From Azolla caroliniana (lineage: Eukaryota > Plantae > Polypodiophyta): a DNA stretch of 20,757 nt. The stretch lies in contig JBHGNT010000560.1 of NCBI GenBank assembly GCA_043228905.1, positions 1 to 20,757 of the forward strand. Reading direction: 5' to 3'. Of the stretch, positions 1-10,200 are shown one piece after another. Position 1 is the first letter of the stretch. Every line of letters starts with the position of its first letter. The notes under the pieces are model-generated. The model was not told the origin of the DNA. It saw only the letters and a program-made list of their open reading frames with translations, and ran no database searches. The position numbers were made by a program, and so were the translations under genes.

Positions 1-1256
1 ATGACGAGTTCAAGGCAGCCGAGCCGGTAATGAAAGACCAACAAAAATCAGACGATCTCATAGCCGAAGTAAAGACTGAACTCATCGACCACAACCTGCT
101 CATTGTGAGTTCCATAGGTCATGAAGAAATCTCACAGCAGGAACATACCATTAAAACTCAGCCGGAGATAAATGTTCCAGAAAACCAAGAAGGCACCTAT
201 GGTCATCAAGATGAGCTCTCTGTACCAGACCAGAGTGCTCAAGAGCAACAGAGCTCAGAACATCTACACAGAGAAGAACTGCCGAGAGATTTTGCCGCAA
301 TGGACTGCGATGACATTAAGAAAACGGAGCATCTTTCAGAAGAGCACCGCACATCAGGAGATGTCTACAAGGAAGACGACAAGGAACTTCCACATGCTGA
401 TATAGTGGAAGCCCCTTCAGATGGGGTTACTCTTCTAGGCATAAAAGACCAGTTTCCTGAAGAACAGGAGACTTCGGGAGATGCCCAATGTGAGAAAGAA
501 CACAAAGACTCTGCGGTTAGTGACAGGGATGAGTTAAAGGCAATAGTCCGTCCTCCTCAAAAGCAACAGACATCAAAAGATTCAACAGAGGAAGTACATG
601 ATGAATTCAACGAAGACAACGTACTACATCCCGATCTCAGAGCGAGCCAAGAAATCAAAGAGGACGTTCCAGCAAACCAAGCCACACTATATAGGGACGA
701 AGATGAGCTCAATGTACTAAACCAAATGGCGGAACAGCAGCACACCTCTCCACTCATAACAACACATCACGAGCAAAAAGACTTTGCCTCACGTGACCTC
801 GATGATGTCACGATAACAGTGCGTCCTTCCGAAGATTGCCACCCATCAGAAGATATCCAACACCCAGAACAAAATGAACTGCTTCCTGCACATATACTGG
901 ATGTCCCTGACGATGTACTTCCTCTTTCTAAAGAAGAACCATTGGCTGAACAACAAGAGGCCTCAACATATTTACAAAAAGAAGAACAGAAAGATTTTGA
1001 GGCCAGTGATCTGAACGAGACCAAGGGATATCCCCTTAAAGAGCGACAAACATCAGAATATAACATCGAGGAAGAAAATCCTGAATTCATAATAGAAACG
1101 CCACCCAAGTTTCATACAATGGGGCAACAGGAAATCACAGCGGAAGAATATATAGCTAAAAGTGTTCAGGAGATCAACCTTGCAGCGAACCAGGAATCCC
1201 TGGATCGTGATCAAGATGATTTCGATGGGCTAAGCCACACGGCTGAAGAGCAACAT
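1..1256 (+). repeat. Diverged in-frame flanking copy of the repeat unit
   Basis: Aligns to 1693..2939 with offset 1692, then 1680 (12-nt indel near 366-384), then 1683 (3-nt indel near 915-920). By hand it has about 57 amino-acid-changing and about 19 silent codon differences over about 413 codons. Confidence 0.95.
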
Positions 1257-4200
1257 TCGTCTGAAGATAAAACAACAGAAGAAGAGCACAAAGATGTTAC
1301 CCCAGGTGACTCCGATGCGTTCTTCACAGCCGCACATACTTCACAACATATACTGGATGCTCCCACAGATGTAGTAACTGCTGCAAGTATACAAACACCA
1401 TTTGCTCAAGACCAAGACAGGTCCGAAGATCTTCAAAAAGAGAAATACCAGGAAGCCATTCAGAGAAATGACCATGTGTCAGAAGATACAACAGGAGAAG
1501 AACATCACAAAGATGTTACCCCAGGTGACTGCGATGTGTTCATCACAGCCGCGCATCCTACAGAACATATACCAGAAGCTCCCGCAGATGGACTCACTGC
1601 TGCAAGTATACAAACACCATTTCCTCAAGACCAAGACACATCCGAAGATGTTCAAAAAGGGGAAGAGCAGGAAGACTTTCAGGGAAGTGAGCACGATGAG
1701 TTCAAAGCAGCCGAGCATGTAATTGAAGACCAACAAAAATCGGACGATCTCATAGACCAAATACAGCCTGAACTCATCGACCACAACCTGCTCATTGTGA
1801 GTTCCATAGGTCACCAAGAAATCTCACAGCAGGAACACACAATTAAAACTCAGCCGGAGATCAATGTTCCAGAAAACCAAGAAGGCACCTATGGTCATCA
1901 AGATGAGCTCTCTGTACCAGACCAGAGTGCTGAAGCGCAACAGAGCTCAGAATATCTACAAAGAGAAGAACAGCCGAGAGATTTTGTCGAAACGGACTGC
2001 GGAGACATTAAGAAAACGGAGCATCTTTCAGAGGAGCACCGCACATCAGGAGATGCCTACGAGGAACTTCCACATGCTGATACAGTGGATGCCCCTTCAG
2101 ATGGGGTTACTCTTCTGGGCATAAAAGACCAGTTTCCTGAAGAACAGGAGACCTCGGGAGATGCCCAATGTGAGGAAGAACAAAAAGACTCTGCGGCTAG
2201 TGACAGGGATGAGTTAGAGGCAATAGTCCGTCCTCCTCAAGAGCAACAGACATCGGACGATTCCACAGAGGAAGTACATGATGAACTCAAAGAAGACAAC
2301 CTACTACATGCCGATCTCATAGCCAGCCAAGAAATCAAAGAGGACGTTCCAGCAAACCAAGCCACGCTATATAGGGACGAAGATGAGCTCAATGTACTAA
2401 ACCGAATGGCGGAAGAGCAGCACACCTCTCCACTGATAACAACACATGAGGAGCAAAAAGACTTTGCCGCACGTGACTTCGATGAGCTCACGATAACAGC
2501 GCGTCCTTCCGAAGATCGCCACCCATCAGAAGATATCCAACACCCAGAACAAAATGAACTTCTTCCTGCACATATACTGGATGCCCCTGAGGATGTAGTT
2601 CTTCCTCTTCGTAAAGAAGAACCATTGGCTGAACAACAAGAGGCCTCAACATATTTACAAAAAGAAGAACAGAAAGATTTTGAGGCCAGTGATCTGAACG
2701 AGAACAAGGGATATCCCCTTAAAGAGCGACAAACATCAGAATATAGCATCGAGGAAGAAAATACAGAATTCATAATAGAAACGCCACCCAATGTCGATAC
2801 GATGGGGCGCCAGGAAATTACACCGGAAGAACATACAGCTAAAAGTGTTGAGGAGATCAACCTTGCAGCGAACCAGGAATCCCTGGATCGTGATCAAGTT
2901 GATTTCGATGGGCTAAGCCACACGGCTGAACAGCAACATGCGTCAGAAGATACAACAGGAGAAGAACATCACAAAGATGTTACCCCAGGTGACTGCGATG
3001 TGTTCATCACAGCCGCGCATCCTACAGAACATATACCAGAAGCTCCCGCAGATGGACTCACTGCTGCAAGTATACAAACACCATTTCCTCAAGACCAAGA
3101 CACATCCGAAGATGTTCAAAAAGGGGAAGAGCAGGAAGACTTTCAGGGAAGTGAGCACGATGAGTTCAAAGCAGCCGAGCATGTAATTGAAGACCAACAA
3201 AAATCGGACGATCTCATAGACCAAATACAGCCTGAACTCATCGACCACAACCTGCTCATTGTGAGTTCCATAGGTCACCAAGAAATCTCACAGCAGGAAC
3301 ACACAATTAAAACTCAGCCGGAGATCAATGTTCCAGAAAACCAAGAAGGCACCTATGGTCATCAAGATGAGCTCTCTGTACCAGACCAGAGTGCTGAAGC
3401 GCAACAGAGCTCAGAATATCTACAAAGAGAAGAACAGCCGAGAGATTTTGTCGAAACGGACTGCGGAGACATTAAGAAAACGGAGCATCTTTCAGAGGAG
3501 CACCGCACATCAGGAGATGCCTACGAGGAACTTCCACATGCTGATACAGTGGATGCCCCTTCAGATGGGGTTACTCTTCTGGGCATAAAAGACCAGTTTC
3601 CTGAAGAACAGGAGACCTCGGGAGATGCCCAATGTGAGGAAGAACAAAAAGACTCTGCGGCTAGTGACAGGGATGAGTTAGAGGCAATAGTCCGTCCTCC
3701 TCAAGAGCAACAGACATCGGACGATTCCACAGAGGAAGTACATGATGAACTCAAAGAAGACAACCTACTACATGCCGATCTCATAGCCAGCCAAGAAATC
3801 AAAGAGGACGTTCCAGCAAACCAAGCCACGCTATATAGGGACGAAGATGAGCTCAATGTACTAAACCGAATGGCGGAAGAGCAGCACACCTCTCCACTGA
3901 TAACAACACATGAGGAGCAAAAAGACTTTGCCGCACGTGACTTCGATGAGCTCACGATAACAGCGCGTCCTTCCGAAGATCGCCACCCATCAGAAGATAT
4001 CCAACACCCAGAACAAAATGAACTTCTTCCTGCACATATACTGGATGCCCCTGAGGATGTAGTTCTTCCTCTTCGTAAAGAAGAACCATTGGCTGAACAA
4101 CAAGAGGCCTCAACATATTTACAAAAAGAAGAACAGAAAGATTTTGAGGCCAGTGATCTGAACGAGAACAAGGGATATCCCCTTAAAGAGCGACAAACAT

Positions 4201-7200
4201 CAGAATATAGCATCGAGGAAGAAAATACAGAATTCATAATAGAAACGCCACCCAATGTCGATACGATGGGGCGCCAGGAAATTACACCGGAAGAACATAC
4301 AGCTAAAAGTGTTGAGGAGATCAACCTTGCAGCGAACCAGGAATCCCTGGATCGTGATCAAGTTGATTTCGATGGGCTAAGCCACACGGCTGAACAGCAA
4401 CATGCGTCAGAAGATACAACAGGAGAAGAACATCACAAAGATGTTACCCCAGGTGACTGCGATGTGTTCATCACAGCCGCGCATCCTACAGAACATATAC
4501 CAGAAGCTCCCGCAGATGGACTCACTGCTGCAAGTATACAAACACCATTTCCTCAAGACCAAGACACATCCGAAGATGTTCAAAAAGGGGAAGAGCAGGA
4601 AGACTTTCAGGGAAGTGAGCACGATGAGTTCAAAGCAGCCGAGCATGTAATTGAAGACCAACAAAAATCGGACGATCTCATAGACCAAATACAGCCTGAA
4701 CTCATCGACCACAACCTGCTCATTGTGAGTTCCATAGGTCACCAAGAAATCTCACAGCAGGAACACACAATTAAAACTCAGCCGGAGATCAATGTTCCAG
4801 AAAACCAAGAAGGCACCTATGGTCATCAAGATGAGCTCTCTGTACCAGACCAGAGTGCTGAAGCGCAACAGAGCTCAGAATATCTACAAAGAGAAGAACA
4901 GCCGAGAGATTTTGTCGAAACGGACTGCGGAGACATTAAGAAAACGGAGCATCTTTCAGAGGAGCACCGCACATCAGGAGATGCCTACGAGGAACTTCCA
5001 CATGCTGATACAGTGGATGCCCCTTCAGATGGGGTTACTCTTCTGGGCATAAAAGACCAGTTTCCTGAAGAACAGGAGACCTCGGGAGATGCCCAATGTG
5101 AGGAAGAACAAAAAGACTCTGCGGCTAGTGACAGGGATGAGTTAGAGGCAATAGTCCGTCCTCCTCAAGAGCAACAGACATCGGACGATTCCACAGAGGA
5201 AGTACATGATGAACTCAAAGAAGACAACCTACTACATGCCGATCTCATAGCCAGCCAAGAAATCAAAGAGGACGTTCCAGCAAACCAAGCCACGCTATAT
5301 AGGGACGAAGATGAGCTCAATGTACTAAACCGAATGGCGGAAGAGCAGCACACCTCTCCACTGATAACAACACATGAGGAGCAAAAAGACTTTGCCGCAC
5401 GTGACTTCGATGAGCTCACGATAACAGCGCGTCCTTCCGAAGATCGCCACCCATCAGAAGATATCCAACACCCAGAACAAAATGAACTTCTTCCTGCACA
5501 TATACTGGATGCCCCTGAGGATGTAGTTCTTCCTCTTCGTAAAGAAGAACCATTGGCTGAACAACAAGAGGCCTCAACATATTTACAAAAAGAAGAACAG
5601 AAAGATTTTGAGGCCAGTGATCTGAACGAGAACAAGGGATATCCCCTTAAAGAGCGACAAACATCAGAATATAGCATCGAGGAAGAAAATACAGAATTCA
5701 TAATAGAAACGCCACCCAATGTCGATACGATGGGGCGCCAGGAAATTACACCGGAAGAACATACAGCTAAAAGTGTTGAGGAGATCAACCTTGCAGCGAA
5801 CCAGGAATCCCTGGATCGTGATCAAGTTGATTTCGATGGGCTAAGCCACACGGCTGAACAGCAACATGCGTCAGAAGATACAACAGGAGAAGAACATCAC
5901 AAAGATGTTACCCCAGGTGACTGCGATGTGTTCATCACAGCCGCGCATCCTACAGAACATATACCAGAAGCTCCCGCAGATGGACTCACTGCTGCAAGTA
6001 TACAAACACCATTTCCTCAAGACCAAGACACATCCGAAGATGTTCAAAAAGGGGAAGAGCAGGAAGACTTTCAGGGAAGTGAGCACGATGAGTTCAAAGC
6101 AGCCGAGCATGTAATTGAAGACCAACAAAAATCGGACGATCTCATAGACCAAATACAGCCTGAACTCATCGACCACAACCTGCTCATTGTGAGTTCCATA
6201 GGTCACCAAGAAATCTCACAGCAGGAACACACAATTAAAACTCAGCCGGAGATCAATGTTCCAGAAAACCAAGAAGGCACCTATGGTCATCAAGATGAGC
6301 TCTCTGTACCAGACCAGAGTGCTGAAGCGCAACAGAGCTCAGAATATCTACAAAGAGAAGAACAGCCGAGAGATTTTGTCGAAACGGACTGCGGAGACAT
6401 TAAGAAAACGGAGCATCTTTCAGAGGAGCACCGCACATCAGGAGATGCCTACGAGGAACTTCCACATGCTGATACAGTGGATGCCCCTTCAGATGGGGTT
6501 ACTCTTCTGGGCATAAAAGACCAGTTTCCTGAAGAACAGGAGACCTCGGGAGATGCCCAATGTGAGGAAGAACAAAAAGACTCTGCGGCTAGTGACAGGG
6601 ATGAGTTAGAGGCAATAGTCCGTCCTCCTCAAGAGCAACAGACATCGGACGATTCCACAGAGGAAGTACATGATGAACTCAAAGAAGACAACCTACTACA
6701 TGCCGATCTCATAGCCAGCCAAGAAATCAAAGAGGACGTTCCAGCAAACCAAGCCACGCTATATAGGGACGAAGATGAGCTCAATGTACTAAACCGAATG
6801 GCGGAAGAGCAGCACACCTCTCCACTGATAACAACACATGAGGAGCAAAAAGACTTTGCCGCACGTGACTTCGATGAGCTCACGATAACAGCGCGTCCTT
6901 CCGAAGATCGCCACCCATCAGAAGATATCCAACACCCAGAACAAAATGAACTTCTTCCTGCACATATACTGGATGCCCCTGAGGATGTAGTTCTTCCTCT
7001 TCGTAAAGAAGAACCATTGGCTGAACAACAAGAGGCCTCAACATATTTACAAAAAGAAGAACAGAAAGATTTTGAGGCCAGTGATCTGAACGAGAACAAG
7101 GGATATCCCCTTAAAGAGCGACAAACATCAGAATATAGCATCGAGGAAGAAAATACAGAATTCATAATAGAAACGCCACCCAATGTCGATACGATGGGGC

Positions 7201-10200
7201 GCCAGGAAATTACACCGGAAGAACATACAGCTAAAAGTGTTGAGGAGATCAACCTTGCAGCGAACCAGGAATCCCTGGATCGTGATCAAGTTGATTTCGA
7301 TGGGCTAAGCCACACGGCTGAACAGCAACATGCGTCAGAAGATACAACAGGAGAAGAACATCACAAAGATGTTACCCCAGGTGACTGCGATGTGTTCATC
7401 ACAGCCGCGCATCCTACAGAACATATACCAGAAGCTCCCGCAGATGGACTCACTGCTGCAAGTATACAAACACCATTTCCTCAAGACCAAGACACATCCG
7501 AAGATGTTCAAAAAGGGGAAGAGCAGGAAGACTTTCAGGGAAGTGAGCACGATGAGTTCAAAGCAGCCGAGCATGTAATTGAAGACCAACAAAAATCGGA
7601 CGATCTCATAGACCAAATACAGCCTGAACTCATCGACCACAACCTGCTCATTGTGAGTTCCATAGGTCACCAAGAAATCTCACAGCAGGAACACACAATT
7701 AAAACTCAGCCGGAGATCAATGTTCCAGAAAACCAAGAAGGCACCTATGGTCATCAAGATGAGCTCTCTGTACCAGACCAGAGTGCTGAAGCGCAACAGA
7801 GCTCAGAATATCTACAAAGAGAAGAACAGCCGAGAGATTTTGTCGAAACGGACTGCGGAGACATTAAGAAAACGGAGCATCTTTCAGAGGAGCACCGCAC
7901 ATCAGGAGATGCCTACGAGGAACTTCCACATGCTGATACAGTGGATGCCCCTTCAGATGGGGTTACTCTTCTGGGCATAAAAGACCAGTTTCCTGAAGAA
8001 CAGGAGACCTCGGGAGATGCCCAATGTGAGGAAGAACAAAAAGACTCTGCGGCTAGTGACAGGGATGAGTTAGAGGCAATAGTCCGTCCTCCTCAAGAGC
8101 AACAGACATCGGACGATTCCACAGAGGAAGTACATGATGAACTCAAAGAAGACAACCTACTACATGCCGATCTCATAGCCAGCCAAGAAATCAAAGAGGA
8201 CGTTCCAGCAAACCAAGCCACGCTATATAGGGACGAAGATGAGCTCAATGTACTAAACCGAATGGCGGAAGAGCAGCACACCTCTCCACTGATAACAACA
8301 CATGAGGAGCAAAAAGACTTTGCCGCACGTGACTTCGATGAGCTCACGATAACAGCGCGTCCTTCCGAAGATCGCCACCCATCAGAAGATATCCAACACC
8401 CAGAACAAAATGAACTTCTTCCTGCACATATACTGGATGCCCCTGAGGATGTAGTTCTTCCTCTTCGTAAAGAAGAACCATTGGCTGAACAACAAGAGGC
8501 CTCAACATATTTACAAAAAGAAGAACAGAAAGATTTTGAGGCCAGTGATCTGAACGAGAACAAGGGATATCCCCTTAAAGAGCGACAAACATCAGAATAT
8601 AGCATCGAGGAAGAAAATACAGAATTCATAATAGAAACGCCACCCAATGTCGATACGATGGGGCGCCAGGAAATTACACCGGAAGAACATACAGCTAAAA
8701 GTGTTGAGGAGATCAACCTTGCAGCGAACCAGGAATCCCTGGATCGTGATCAAGTTGATTTCGATGGGCTAAGCCACACGGCTGAACAGCAACATGCGTC
8801 AGAAGATACAACAGGAGAAGAACATCACAAAGATGTTACCCCAGGTGACTGCGATGTGTTCATCACAGCCGCGCATCCTACAGAACATATACCAGAAGCT
8901 CCCGCAGATGGACTCACTGCTGCAAGTATACAAACACCATTTCCTCAAGACCAAGACACATCCGAAGATGTTCAAAAAGGGGAAGAGCAGGAAGACTTTC
9001 AGGGAAGTGAGCACGATGAGTTCAAAGCAGCCGAGCATGTAATTGAAGACCAACAAAAATCGGACGATCTCATAGACCAAATACAGCCTGAACTCATCGA
9101 CCACAACCTGCTCATTGTGAGTTCCATAGGTCACCAAGAAATCTCACAGCAGGAACACACAATTAAAACTCAGCCGGAGATCAATGTTCCAGAAAACCAA
9201 GAAGGCACCTATGGTCATCAAGATGAGCTCTCTGTACCAGACCAGAGTGCTGAAGCGCAACAGAGCTCAGAATATCTACAAAGAGAAGAACAGCCGAGAG
9301 ATTTTGTCGAAACGGACTGCGGAGACATTAAGAAAACGGAGCATCTTTCAGAGGAGCACCGCACATCAGGAGATGCCTACGAGGAACTTCCACATGCTGA
9401 TACAGTGGATGCCCCTTCAGATGGGGTTACTCTTCTGGGCATAAAAGACCAGTTTCCTGAAGAACAGGAGACCTCGGGAGATGCCCAATGTGAGGAAGAA
9501 CAAAAAGACTCTGCGGCTAGTGACAGGGATGAGTTAGAGGCAATAGTCCGTCCTCCTCAAGAGCAACAGACATCGGACGATTCCACAGAGGAAGTACATG
9601 ATGAACTCAAAGAAGACAACCTACTACATGCCGATCTCATAGCCAGCCAAGAAATCAAAGAGGACGTTCCAGCAAACCAAGCCACGCTATATAGGGACGA
9701 AGATGAGCTCAATGTACTAAACCGAATGGCGGAAGAGCAGCACACCTCTCCACTGATAACAACACATGAGGAGCAAAAAGACTTTGCCGCACGTGACTTC
9801 GATGAGCTCACGATAACAGCGCGTCCTTCCGAAGATCGCCACCCATCAGAAGATATCCAACACCCAGAACAAAATGAACTTCTTCCTGCACATATACTGG
9901 ATGCCCCTGAGGATGTAGTTCTTCCTCTTCGTAAAGAAGAACCATTGGCTGAACAACAAGAGGCCTCAACATATTTACAAAAAGAAGAACAGAAAGATTT
10001 TGAGGCCAGTGATCTGAACGAGAACAAGGGATATCCCCTTAAAGAGCGACAAACATCAGAATATAGCATCGAGGAAGAAAATACAGAATTCATAATAGAA
10101 ACGCCACCCAATGTCGATACGATGGGGCGCCAGGAAATTACACCGGAAGAACATACAGCTAAAAGTGTTGAGGAGATCAACCTTGCAGCGAACCAGGAAT

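Noticed and set aside
1-30. ATG at position 1 as a gene start
   Set aside because: Frame +1 stops at TAA 28..30. The bases correspond to the internal (c)at gac = His-Asp of the repeat (cac gat at 1692). The in-frame ATG at 30 replaces ATT in the other copies and is also internal.
1864-2124. Short + strand Lys/Arg/Met-rich ORFs (77-106 aa) repeated in every unit
   Set aside because: They are off-frame readings of the E/D-rich CDS. Their ends are not conserved between the diverged copy and the array, and there is no room for independent promoters or intergenic sequence.
2052-2489. LIR/AIM-like motifs (DAYEEL, DFDEL)
   Set aside because: These are low-information motifs expected by chance in acidic sequence, and both are lost in the diverged copy (DVYKED, DLDDV).
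2631-2681. Polyprotein with a regular convertase site per repeat (nematode polyprotein allergen type)
   Set aside because: I found no R-x-[KR]-R furin consensus. Only isolated KK (IKKT) and RK (LRKE) pairs occur, and the RK is SK in the diverged copy. Cleavage by another protease is not excluded.
2237-2860. Minus-strand Ser/Cys-rich ORFs (207 aa and 112 aa in each unit; also 557..757 and 767..1108)
   Set aside because: These are antisense shadows in codon register with frame +3 (TTC/TCN/TGY-type codons arise from the complement of the GAA/CAA-rich strand). The 207-aa ORF is broken in the diverged copy, while frame +3 is intact.
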